A stretch of DNA of 63,694 nucleotides, the filler included, from Welwitschia mirabilis (taxonomy: Eukaryota), in assembly GCA_051453625.1 (NCBI GenBank). It is 8 parts of one record of this genome, joined end to end, with 100 filler letters (N's around TTAATTAATTAA, not from the genome) between each part and the next. Parts side by side here need not be neighbours in the genome. Positions count along the whole stretch, not along the records: positions 36,235 to 46,996 come from JBOZIK010000001.1; positions 47,097 to 51,147 come from JBOZIK010000001.1; 6 more parts are not named here. One strand, 5' to 3'. Below are positions 38,821 through 51,247 of this stretch, one piece after another. The notes below the pieces were generated by a model. The model saw only the letters and a list, made by a program, of their open reading frames with translations, was not told the DNA's origin and made no database searches. How positions within the stretch are numbered: the first letter of the stretch is position 1; every line of letters starts with the position of its first letter. Made by a program: the position numbers and the translations under genes.

Positions 38821-40563
38821 TGTTCCTAAGAATCCTAGAGGAGGGTTGAAAAGGTTTGACAATAGAATTTAATAAAATATTTCAGCCCTATCTAATTGAG
38901 TCAACTTTGCACGAATGATAATTAACATGGAATCAATGCAAAGAGGAAGATAATCAGCACACAAGAAATTTGGAGTGGTTTAGCACTGTGCCTACTCCAC
39001 TCTTCAGGGAGAGATAGATGACTCTTCTTCCATGCTTCCCTTGAATCTCTTTAACTAATAATTTTCTGGCTGATCATCAACCCTTTACAATAATGATGAT
39101 TTCAAGCTTATCATCAACCAAATACAGTTCAGTGTCTTTTGCTAGCTTAGACTCAACCACAGAAAGAAGGAAAGGTAAAGGAAAGGTGCCTCAAGCACAG
39201 ATATGACAAGATGAATTTAGTATAGATAGATCACACAAGGTAGGTATACTTTGTTGATAATATCCAAAGTAAGGTCACTGTTCACCAAAAAAATCATTAG
39301 CAAGAAATGTAAAGCTTTCAGTCTTTTATAGACAATGAAATATAGCTGCTAGAAAATAGACAAACTGATATTTCCAAGATCTCTTGACTTTTGATCTCAT
39401 TTAATTTTTCTTGCTAATCTGAGCCTAGCCCAAAGAAATAAACGTCATGAATCAACCTCAAAGATCCTGCCAAAAAAAGCAACTACTGAAAACCGCCATG
39501 CATTCCATCGAAGATGACTGTCTTGCAATGGTCTAGGAGTGGGGACATCTACTCTAAAATAGTGGGGAGGTCCACACTTTTGAGAGGTGGGGAAGTGCAC
39601 CCTAGTAAAGAAGGGACGTCCGCACCGGTCAAAGGTGTAGGCCCGTATAGAACCTTTTCGACAGGGGGGGGGTGGGGGGGGGGNNNNNNNNNNGAGCATG
39701 TTTGGGGTACTTGAGTTGGAATGTCCACACTTGTTATGGAGCAGTCTTATACATTTTTCCCGTGAGGAGAGGGGACGTCCAACCTATTTGAGTGGGGATG
39801 TCGGACCTATTTGAGTGGGGACGTCTGTAGCTATAAGTGAGTCACTTCTATACAAACTGATTGCAAGGAGAGGGGACGTCCGAGCTTTATTGATTGAGGA
39901 CGACTAGGGTACTGAAGTATCTTGAGGACATTTGTCTTGAAATGAGTTACCCAGACAGAAGATTGCCAACTTTTAAATCATTCACTTGATTAGACACAAG
40001 GTGCACGACAATAGCTTTCTATCAGCTTCATTATAGTGGCATCATTGAACTCCTTTAATCCACAATCTCCCCCTTTTCAATGATGACAAATTGACAACTC
40101 CCATGCCTTCTTGTACTTGAAGAAACAATACACTCCCCCTGAAAGTGATATTTTCATAAACAATAAACCAATAATATATCTCCCTTGTGGCTTAGATTTA
40201 CTCCCCTTGAAGTTGATGTACCTTATGACGCACACTTTGGGCACTTTGATAGATAGCTATGTCCCCCTTTTTTCATCATTAACCTTGTATATGAAACAAT
40301 AAACAAAGGATACCTGTGAAAAGCATATGTCGAAATAAAATATGTTGATTATAACCAAATTTAGAACATAACTGAAATTTATATTAATTAAAGCAAAATT
40401 TGATTACATATTGTTCAATGTTTGTCATATATAGGAGCATAGACACAAAAATTGACAGACAAAAACTAACAGATAGAACAACAGGAAGAGAAATACAAAC
40501 TGACGCACACAGGAATGAAGGAAGGTAAAGAGAACATGAAGACATGACTAAAAAGGAGATCAA

Positions 40564-41735
40564 TTAGACTCCACGTTTCCATTGCTGCAATTGTTGCAAG
40601 AAGTGGAAGCCACTTCTAATCCAAAGTCCACAAGAGCCTTCTTGACTTTGGAGAGTTGTGAAGAAATCCGCTTAAGCCATTTTTATGTAGACAATGTACC
40701 TGGGGAAGTTTCACTAGATCTCATGCACTAGAACTGCCTGGAAGGAGGGAAAGGAGCCGGAGGAGCAGAGCCTTTCATGATTTTCATTCTAACCAAGGAG
40801 GACTTATCAAATGGCTTTAGGCAGTTTGAGAATTTTATCTTTTACTTTAGGTAACGTTGCCTGGTCATGACACATCTTGGTAATCAAACCACCATATGAC
40901 AAAGCTGCTGAATCCATTGAAGTTTATGAAGCCATATTTTCTAATATCAATTACAGTAAATTAATCTGAATGCTTCTGGCATAACAATACATATTGTATG
41001 CACATAAAGGAGAAACTTCATCCACATGCCCAAGCTTAGGAATGAGATTGCTGGAGATAATTCTGAAAAGCACCTTGTAAACTGGATGTAAGATGCGAGT
41101 TGGAATTGCTGTCCTCCAAGCTTCTTGTTTTTCACAAAGAACCTCCATAAGTTCTTGCCTTGGAACAAGACAGTCTAGTACAAAAACTAAGGTTACATGC
41201 ACATATTCTTCTCTTTTCAACAGAAAACTCGGAGCACTAGATATCATTTTTGGGTTAACCTCAATATCAACACTATATAAGTTTGAAACAAAGAGGTTTT
41301 GCTCAGATTGAAATGACCCATTACANNNNNNNNNNNNNNNNNNNNNNNNNNNNNNNNNNNNNNNNNNNNNNNNNNNNNNNNNNNNNNNNNNNNNNNNNNN
41401 NNNNNNNNNNNNNNNNNNNNNNNNNCATACAAGTTTGAAACAAAGAGGTCTTGCTCAAACTGAAATGACCTATTACAATAGAACATATGAACCAGATTTA
41501 CTAGAGCATGTGTATGGGCGTTTGGAATGTATGTCCAGCTGAGTTCTTCTAACCTGGGCAACAGATTGAAGTAATGCTAGAAGGTATTGTGAAGAATGAC
41601 CCTTTTTGGAGTGAGGGGCTTCTTGTTAAAGCTCTAGGTCCACATGGCCTTTGCCCTAGAAGAGACAAACATTGGTTCTGCTTCTTTGTCCTTGCCTTTG
41701 TCTTTCCTTAACATTGGAATCTTAGGTCTTGGCAT
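40564..41735 (-). pseudogene. Extra 3' ORF ('env-like' position) of element F, frameshifted
   Basis: Starts MPRPKIPMLRKDKGKDKEAEP; contains LVHMFYCN and TRILHPVYKVLFRIISSNLIPKLGH; lies between RNase H and the PPT cluster. Confidence 0.75.
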
Positions 41736-43342
41736 GATAGAAGATAAAAGGAAGAGAAGATGCACACAAAAGAAAATTGAAAAAAGAGAAGAAAACAAGA
41801 TGGAGAAAGAGAACCTACTTCTTGGACGTGAACTTGAAAAAGACAAAATGAGGAGGAAGAAGGGAAAACGTCCTTTACATAGAGGAGGCCCCTCTTTGAT
41901 TAACGGAAAAAACAGCTTCCAAAATAAATAAATAAATAAACAATTGCATCTGCTTAGGTGCATAGACATCCGAGCTGTTGGAGGGGGCACGTCCACCCTT
42001 CAATCGGTCAGAAAGTGTTGCACAGGCTTGCAGACATCAGGGCTTGGGAGTGCGGAAGTCAGGACCCCTGACACTATAGGTCGCCCGAAAAGAAGGAAAA
42101 ATATGACAGATTTATGACAAAACTTTGTGAGAAAAACCAAGAATACGAACAAACATGCAAGACTTGAACTATGCTCAAATGTATTTAAACTTTGATCAAA
42201 TATGTACAAATGTTGGCATCTAAAGAAACAAATCATACCTCGGTTGGTCATGTTCCTATACCCAATTCTACCCTTAACTTCTCAAATCTTGATTCTGATA
42301 ATGCTTTCGTGAACATATCTACAAATTGTTTTTCAGTAGAGACTAGTCTAGCTTTATCACCTCTTGTTGAACTTGTTCTCTGATGAAATGGTGCCTTATG
42401 TCAATGTGCTTAGTCCGTGAGTGGTGCACATGATTCTGTTCGATATTAATGCCATTGGTGTTGTCACACAATAATTGATCGCTCTTCATTTCCATCCTTA
42501 ATTATGTAAGGTGTGCATCGTTCATAACAATTGAGTATAAGACGCTTCAACTGATGTATATGCAGCCTTTGCAGTGGACAATGATATAGAACTCTGTTTC
42601 TTGGAGCTCCATCCTCCTAAACGATTCCCAAGAAAATAGCAGGCACTACTCATACTCTTCCGATCATTAGTACATCCAGCCCAATCTGCATCACTATACT
42701 CAACCAGATCAAGCGAAGTATCACCTGGAAATCAAATACCAAAGTTACTTATATGCTTAAATTATTTAAATATTCTTTTAACTATAGAAAGGTGGGATTC
42801 CTTAGGATTAGACTGATATCGAGTACAAATACCCACACTAAATGCGATTTTTGGGTTACTCGATATCTCTATGAAGTTTCGAGTCTTCTAATTTATCTTT
42901 ATCATCCTTACTAATTTTTGTTGTGGTAGACATAGGAGTACTGACCTCTTTGGCATTTTTAAGCTTGTACTTCATCAACAATTCTTTAACATACTTTGAT
43001 TGACTTAGAAAAATTCCATTTTTTGAGCTACTTGATCTGCAATCCTAAGAAAAAATTGAGTTCTCCAAGCATGCTCATCTCAGATTCTTTTTGAATGATC
43101 TTAAAATATCCACTATTAGTTTCTCATTCATTGCACAAAAGACTATATCATCAACATAAATTTCTAAAATGAGAATATCATTATCAGTCTTCTTAATAAA
43201 CAAGGTAGGATCAACATTATCACATTTGAACTCATGCTCTGACGTCCACTCATACCAAGCTCTGCGAGCTTGTTTGGGTTCATACAATGCCTTCTTGAGC
43301 TTAAAACGTGTTCGGGATAGTTGGATTAATAAAACGAGGTGG

Positions 43343-44490
43343 CTATTTGACAAATACTTCCTCTTCTATGTAACCATTGAGGAAGACACTTTTCACATAC
43401 ATTTGGAATAACTTAATGTTCATGGTACACGCATAAGCTAACAAAAGTCTAATAGATTCAAGCCTAACCATTGGGGCATAGGTCTTACCATAGTCTATAC
43501 CTTCTTCTTGACTATAGCCTTGAGCCACCAACTGAGCCTTGTTTTGCACTATGATACTTGTTTTATCTAGCTTTTTATTAAATACCCATTTAGTGCCAAT
43601 AATATGCTTACCTTTTGGCTTTGGAACCAAATCCCAAACTCCATTCCTCTTGAATTGCAATAGTTCTTTTTGCATAGCTTCAACCCATTGTTCATGTTGT
43701 TCTACTTCAGTTATATTTCTAGGTTCAGTGTGAGATACAAAACAAAAATGTGCACAAATATTACCCATGCCTCGTCTGGTACTTATTCCAGATTCTAGAT
43801 TCCTAATAATTCGGTCAGTTGGATGATATCTTTTAGTTCTGAAAGGAAGACTCATGCATTTTTGAGAAGCAGTGATCATCGGATTCTTATTGTTTTCTTC
43901 TTCAAGAGCTTTGTTTGGCACATCTTGGTGATTACTTTGAGCATCATTAGCACAAGAGTGTATGGGATCATCTTCCTCATCTTTGTCAATCATGCTTTCA
44001 TTGTTAGTCTCTAAAACCTTTACATGAATTGATTCTTCAACCTTATTTGATTCATAGCTGAAAACTGTATAGGTTTTGCTTTTTGAAGAATAACCAAAAA
44101 ATCTACTATGCGTACCTTTAGGTTGAAATTTACTTGGATCTTTGTCGTTTAAAATAATGCATTTGCTATCAAAAGCTTTAACGTATTGAATCATAGGCTT
44201 CTTACCATTACACAATTTATAAGGAGTACTTTGAGTACTGGTTCCTAGAAAAATTCTATTGGATATGTAGTAAGCAGTGCTTGTTGCTTCAGCCCAAAAC
44301 CATCTTGGAAGATTACACTCTCTAAGCATTGTTCTTGCCATCTCTATCAACACTCTGTTTTTTCGTTTTGCCACTATGTTCTGTTGTAGTGTTCTTGGAG
44401 CTGAAAATTGATGAAATATGCCATAGTTATCACAGGAATTGATAAAACTTTCATTATCAAACTTACCTCCATAGTCAGATTGATTAACCT
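43343..44490 (-). pseudogene. Longest open pol segment (integrase core, SH3-like region, RT N-terminus) of element F
   Basis: APRTLQQN...KNRVLIEMARTML, FFGYSSKSK, WVEAMQKEL...VWDLVPKP, GIDYGKTYAP. Confidence 0.9.
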
Positions 44491-47439
44491 TGTAGTACAA
44501 TGTATCGGATTTGAAACTAAGTTGGAAACTTAGTTATCATTCTTCCTTAGGGATAATATTAGGTATTGGCTAGCATTACATTAACTTTAATCTTGATGCA
44601 AGTTCCAAAAAGGAAAGAAAAGAAAAGAAGAGATGAAATGAATCTTAAGATTTGAACTTCATCTTAGAAAGGAGGGAAGCAAACTAGCTCCATGGTATCG
44701 CCGATTCGTCGTATGCAATCCTTCACTCCAAAGTTATCCAATTGTCCTTCTACAAAACAATCAAAACCATCAAGTGCTTTTAGTCCAATTAATAGGGCAT
44801 ACTCTCATCCACCATATAATAAATGGTAAATCCAACTAACACTTAAGTCTTAAATAACAATAAAAATTAAGGACTCCTAAGGTACTTAAGATCTATGAAA
44901 TTTAAGAAACTAAGTGATAAAGAGGAATTCACACAACTAAACTAAACTTAATAATTAAAGAGTTATCTAAGCATCCTAATTATGATATTACTCATGAATC
45001 AAGATAAAAAAAAAACAACTTTTGCGCTACAGAAAGAACAACGTTACAACAAAGGAAGAAGGAAGCAGGAAGAACTCCTCAGCAATCTTCAAAGACTAGT
45101 TCACTCCCTAAAGAGCCGCCTAGAAAGTCATCACAAGTCCATGCTCCAAAATCTCCAATTTCTCCAAGGCAAAGATAAATACAATAAAAGGTGCAAGGCC
45201 CGTTTATAGGGAGAGAGAGGGGTGGGGGGTGGTCACATTCTTGGCTTATAGCATTAAGTAGAATCTTTGTCATTTAGTGTTAGATAGATAAGATTTTATC
45301 TTGTAGCGTTAGGTAGACTAGATTCCATCTTGTAGCGTTAAGTAGATCAGATTGCGTCCTCTAACGTTAGGTAGAATCTTCATCATTTAGCATTTGGTGG
45401 AGGTTGTCTTGTAGCGTTTGGTGGAGATTGTCACATAGTTCTAATGCCACCTCCACATGCCTCTGCCACATGTCTTCAAATGCTTTTGCTACATGTCCCC
45501 ACCTCGTATTTCCATTGCCACCATGATTTTGTGTGGAATTGTTTCCACCTTCTGCCATGTGTTCCAAAAGTGGCTAAATATCTGCAATTTAATAATGAGA
45601 AAAACATAACATTCAATTTAATTCTAAAAACAATAGAAGACATATTTTATGATTAAACAATTAAATTAATGTCTTCATTTATAATAAATTGACCTAAAAC
45701 ACGATATAAATTTCAATTTTTACATGTTAACGCATCCCTTAACCAGTCCTTTGCTAGCGCCTCAGCGAAAAGTCGATAACAAAATGGTTAAACATGGAAA
45801 AATTGTCTATGTCAAAAGTATGTCAAGTGTGCGAATGATATAACTTGAAAACTTTTATGACCAATTTTATGTGATTAAGTCATCAAAGTGAAAAAATTTT
45901 AGTAAAAATTGAGATGCCATACCCCCTAATCAAAGCTTGACTTTGTCCTTGAAGTTTATGGTAAAAATGTTAACCTTTGCGAACATAGGTGTAGATGGAT
46001 TTCGAAGAGTTCTTTTATTCAAAACAACACAAATTAAGCTAAGGAAAAAGGCAAGCTATTTAAAACAAACATATCCTAAGTGGAAAAACTATCTATAAAA
46101 AAAGGTTAATGCTTAGGAGTTATTTCTCATGAAAATGATATGAAGTGGAATGTAGTTAAGTGATGTGAGATAAATGAGATGGAAAATGCGTGAATGGCAT
46201 AAATCCGAAAACCAACAAATAAACGAGTGAACTACGCTAAGTTGTCAACCCTTTATTATTTTCTGTGCTTTTTAGTGGACTACGTTATCAGCCAAGTTAA
46301 GTTTTAACCAAGTAACCTATAGGAATCTAAGGAATCGACGCAAATCCTAAGTATAAAAGTTAAGAGACAACGGTTCACATAAGGCCTCCGATTCCCACCT
46401 TTTCGTTCCTTTATTTTCCATTTCTACCTTCCCGTATGTCTTTAGTACTTAGTATTATGCCTTTAAACCAAATTGAGCATCCAGTGTTATGGCATTTTCT
46501 GCCAACAGAGTTAAGCATGTTGTATTAGGCAGAAATCAATGCTGAATTGCTAGCGAGTGTTTATTGCTCCGATGCAGTTGAACATGTCATAATTAGATCA
46601 TTAGAGCTACATTGCCAGCAGGCATCCATAGTCCCGATACAGTTAACTAAACCCAACTACATGATTAATGTTATGTACTTTTAGAGAAGAGATATATTAT
46701 TTTCTTTTCTTTATCTCCCCATAGTCATTCTTTTATACACTTTTAGGCCGTCATTGGATCATTAGCCTAGTCAAGACAAATCTTGTCCCCATTAAAGGCT
46801 TTTACCTAAAGAGAAAATGCAAAGGTAAATCCCACCTACTCAACCTTGTTTTACCAAAATCAAAGACCCTAAGTGAATGCGTTGTTAACTAACCTATAAT
46901 AAGTGTTCTTTCCCTTAAAAACCCATAAATAAACTTGATCTTAACCATCACTTAGGTGATAGCACGATCACTTATTATTGATTTTTTGTTTTAAAGNNNN
47001 NNNNNNNNNNNNNNNNNNNNNNNNNNNNNNNNNNNNNNNNTTAATTAATTAANNNNNNNNNNNNNNNNNNNNNNNNNNNNNNNNNNNNNNNNNNNNTGAT
47101 TTTAGTTAAGTAATTAAATTTTGTGCTTCACCCTATTCACCCCCCCTCTAGGGTGCCAATCGATCCTAACAAGAGTTCCCTACTTTTTAGAGGATTTTTT
47201 TAAGTTCCCTATTCGTAACCTGAACTTGGCCACTTGTTTGCGTGTGATAAGGTGTTACAATTTATGTGTAACCCCATATTTAGCGAGAAGGTTATTGAAT
47301 ATTTTATTACAAAAGTGTGTCCCTCCATTGCTAATTAAAATATGTGGACAACCAAAACGAGTTAAGACATTTTCTTTAAAGAATCTAACTACCGTTTTGG
47401 CGTCGTTTGTTTGACAAGCACAAGTTTCAACCCATTTAG
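44491..47439 (-). mobile_element. Athila-like gypsy element G (3' LTR ~44491-45732, non-coding region, integrase fragment 47172-47439)
   Basis: Interrupts the integrase of F; junction TTCGCTGAGGCGCTAGCAAAGG on the minus strand (~45747-45770); KWVETCACQTNDAKTVVRFFKENVLTRFGCPHILISNGGTHFCN. Continuity across the linker gap at 46997-47096 is assumed. Confidence 0.75.
47097..47171 (+). repeat. 3' terminus of a Sirevirus-type LTR inserted into the gypsy integrase
   Basis: TATTCACCCCCCCTCTAGG...CCTAACA followed directly by integrase sequence, with no PBS. Confidence 0.75.
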
Positions 47440-50400
47440 TTTTAAGTATAAGATTCCAATGATGCCAACAGGTGTGAGAATCAAGCGAAAAGATGGTCAC
47501 TATTTGTCACAGTCACATTAAGAAGCCAACCTTTGCATGCAGATCTCCCCATTCAAAATAGGGCGGATGTCCCTCTGCTTGCAGGTAAATTGTATCTGTG
47601 ACAAGTCTCAGGCTCGAACGTCCCTACTCAAATAGGGCAGATGTGCCCTCTCCTTGCAGGAAACATGATTGATGGGTTTCGGGTGCAGACGTCTTCACTC
47701 CAATCAGCCCAGACGTTCCCTCCTCCCTTCAGATTTTTCCTAGTCTACACCTGTGGCAGGTGTGGATGTCCGTCCCTTTCCAGGGGTGGACGTCCCCACA
47801 CTCCCAGTAATGCGGACTTCTGCACGACCTTGAGGGTGGACGTCTGCACACCTGGGAGCAAGGACGTCCCCAATTCTTAAGGCAGACGTCCTTTCTTTTA
47901 ACTGTTGGAAAAACGGTCTTCTTCAGGCAAAAGCACAGTGATTTCCAATGGCTATTCTCTTTTGGTGCACCATTCAATCGCATTGGAAATATGAATTTGA
48001 TTGAAATATCAAATTGACTTGCATTGGATTCATTGTTTAGGGTTTCCCTTTAACAACTTTTTTCCCCTTCTCTTTAAAAGGGGCAAAAATTGCTTTATTA
48101 GGGTTACTGATTTACAAACGATACACTGTTTTGTGAAGAGAACTCAAAGTAATCTTTGGTGATCTATTTGCAATTAGTAATCCTATCTTGTTTATTCATT
48201 TGGATTAGATCCTACACTGTTGCATCTGTGCTTGAGGCATAACTCATTTTTCTTCTATTCTTCCTGTGGTTGAGTCTGAGTTGTTAAAAGACTTCAAGTG
48301 CGAGAGGTTGATGATAAGCCTGAAAAATCATCACTGTTATGTGAGGTTCATGATAAGCCTGGAAAATCATCACTGTTGTAAGAGGGGTTGATGNNNNNNN
48401 NNNNNNNNNNNNNNNNNNNNNNNNNNNNNNNNNNNNNNNNNNNNNNNNNNNNNNNNNNNNNNNNNNNNNNNNNNNNNNNNNNNNNNNNNNNNNATAAGCT
48501 TGAAAAATCATCACTGTTGTAAGAGGGGTTGATGATCAGCCAGAAAATCATTAGTTCAAGAGTGATAAGGGAACCAAGGAAGACGACATATTGTCTCTCC
48601 TTGAAGAGTGGAGAAGGCACGTTACTGAACCATTATAAATTTTGTGGACTGATTATTTTTCTGTTTTGCTATTTTTCTCAGATTTAGTTTTTTTATTTGC
48701 AAAGCTGATCAATTTCTTTTTAGAATTGGGTTTTGGATTTAAAATTGATCATTATTCCTATTCACCCCCCCTTTAGGAATTTCAATTGGTATCAGAGCAA
48801 GATTACTCTTGATAGAGCTTCGCCACTTTGAGTGATCTAATGGGACCTATCCTGAAGAAGGCCATTTGATCTCAAGGCCACCATATTTCAATGAGTCAAA
48901 CTCTTCTTTTTGGAAGACTAAAATGATAATTTTTCTGAAATTTCTTGATTTAAATATTTGGGATAGTGTTGTATGCGGTTACTTCGAACCCACTATTCCA
49001 TTGGCAGATTGGTCTGATGAACAGAAGGAGGAAGCAAGGCTCAACGCAAAGCAATGAATGCACTCATTTGTGCCCTCGGTCTGAAGGAGTACAATTGAAT
49101 AGTTCAGTGTTACTCTGCAAAGGAAATCTGGGATACCCTCGAGATTGCTCGTGAAGGTACGAGTATTATGAAAAATTACAAGTTACAATTCTTAACAACT
49201 CAATTCGAAAAAATTAGAATGGAAGAAAAGGAATCTATCACTGAATACATGACCAAGATTATGGATATTGTGAATACAAGGTGGGGTCTTGGAGAAAAGA
49301 TTCCAGAACAAAGAGTTGTGCGAAAAATCTTGAGGAGCTTGCCCAAGCGTTTCAGACCTAAGATTACTGCGATAAAAAGGAGCAAAAATCTAGATACTAT
49401 GAGTCTAGAGGAGCTCAAGGGATCTTTGATTTTATATGAAGCTACCATTATGGATGATGAGGGATCTAAGACAAAGAATATTGCTTTGAAATGTTCAAGT
49501 CAATGCAAAGAAGGTTTCAACAATGAAGAAGATGATGAGGACTTAGTCTTTTTGTCCTATGAGGATCAGTTTGAGCAGAAAAATTGGTTTAAGAACTTTG
49601 GTAAAAACAAGAAACCTTTGCAATGCTTTGAGTGTAAGGGCTTTGGAGACATAGCAACGGACTGTGCCAACACATGAAAAGCCAAAATTAAAGGGAAGAG
49701 AGCCCTTAAAGTTACTTGGGGCGATGAGGAAGAATCTAATTCAGAGACATCTCAAGAGGATGAAGAGGAGTGCAGATTGTTAGCCATCACTAATGAGTAT
49801 GCTTTCATAAATAACTACTAAGGATGAGCATGCAATCTCTAATGAGAAAGAGGTAATATCTGAAAATTCTGAAACTATTGAAGAANNNNNNNNNNNNNNN
49901 NNNNNNNNNNNNNNNNNNNNNNNNNNNNNNNNNNNNNNNNNNNNNNNNNNNNNNNNNNNNNNNNNNNNNNNNNNNNNNNNNNNNNNNNNAGAGTTAGATA
50001 AAGCTACTGAAGGTCTTGCATGTACGAATAAAACTGTTTATCTTTTATGAAGAGTGTTAGAGGATGCAAGGAAACTCAATGCTACTACCTCATATCACTC
50101 CAACAATGTGAAATCTGATCATAAGAGGTATGCTTTGAGGTCAAATAATTTAAACTCTTTCCATATTCAATGTTTCTATTGTGGAGGCCTAGAGCATGTT
50201 AGATTTTCTTGTCCCATCAGAAAGGGATATTTTTTCCATTATACAAGTGACAGGTTTTTGTGGAAAACAAAAGCAACAAACAATCAGTCTCTCATCAAGC
50301 AAAGATGGGTTAAAAAGGAATCTGTTAAAGGATTGCTTGTTCAGACCGCTCTTAAAGCAAGGGAGCATCCTAGATGGTACTTGGATAGTGAATGTTCAAG

Positions 50401-51147
50401 ACATATGACAGGTGACGGAAGATGGTTTCACACACTTGTCAACTATGATGGAGTAGAGGCTTCCTTTGGTGACAATTGAAAAGCAGCCATCAAGGGAAAA
50501 GGTATGAGGGCCTCAANNNNNNNNNNNNNNNNNNNNNNNNNNNNNNNNNNNNNNNNNNNNNNNNNNNNNNNNNNNNNNNNNNNNNNNNNNNNNNNNNNNN
50601 NNNNNNNNNNNNNNNNNNNNNNNNNNNNNNNNNNNNNNNNNNNNNNNNNNNNNNNNNNNNNNNNNNNNNNNNNNNNNNNNNNNNNNNNNNNNNNNNNNNN
50701 NNNNNNNNNNNNNNNNNNNATAGAAGAATGGGTCTTTCAAATGTTTCAAACTTGAAGACCATCTCTTAATAAGAGTTGGTTAGAGGTTCACCCAAACTTA
50801 GCTTTTCAAATTCTGTCTTGTGTGAACAGTGTCAAACAGGCAAAATCATAGAGTCTTCTTTTAAAACCAAGTTTGAGATATCTCCTCAAGGGCCCTTAGA
50901 GTTGTTGCACTTAGATTTTGTAGGGCCTAGAAAAGTTCAAAGTCTAAATGGTAAAAGATATTTTATGATGATTGACAATTTTATTCACTATACATGGATT
51001 GAATCTTTGCATTCTAATCCTTATGTTTTTGATAAGCTTTGTCATCTTTACAGAAAGATTCAGAATAGAAAGAGCCTCAACATTAAGAAATGCAAGTCTG
51101 ATCATAGAAAATTTGAGGCTATCAATGAAAAACTAACACTTGATTTG
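47440..51147 (+). mobile_element. Ty1/copia Sirevirus element H (5' LTR ~47440-48784, PBS 48787-48798, gag, protease, integrase start); LTR related to F
   Basis: PBS TGGTATCAGAGC; RPPYFNESN, VRKILRSLPKRFRPKITAI, two zinc knuckles, WYLDSECSRHMTGD, LELLHLDFVGP. Confidence 0.9.
48306..48545 (+). repeat. ~40-bp tandem repeat in the LTR of H (GGTTGATGATAAGCCTGAAAAATCATCACTGTT...)
   Basis: At least three units are visible; copy number is uncertain because a 100-N gap lies inside the array. Confidence 0.8.
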
Positions 51148-51247
51148 NNNNNNNNNNNNNNNNNNNNNNNNNNNNNNNNNNNNNNNNNNNNTTAATTAAT
51201 TAANNNNNNNNNNNNNNNNNNNNNNNNNNNNNNNNNNNNNNNNNNNN

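Larger units (their letters stand above)
38821..44490 (-). mobile_element. Ty1/copia Sirevirus element F (integrase-RT-RNase H, extra ORF, multiple PPTs, 3' LTR 38821-40064)
   Basis: Long ORF 43343-44500; YVDD in 43075-43353; RNase H ~42250-42720; terminal PPT AAAAGGGGGAGAT at 40065-40077; LTR has GGGACGTCC motifs and a C-rich end. Confidence 0.92.

Noticed and set aside
48306..48545. Regularly spaced repeats as a CRISPR-like array (also 61514-61710 and 8200-8450)
   Set aside because: The repeats are head-to-tail without unique spacers, lie within plant LTR elements, and have no cas genes nearby.
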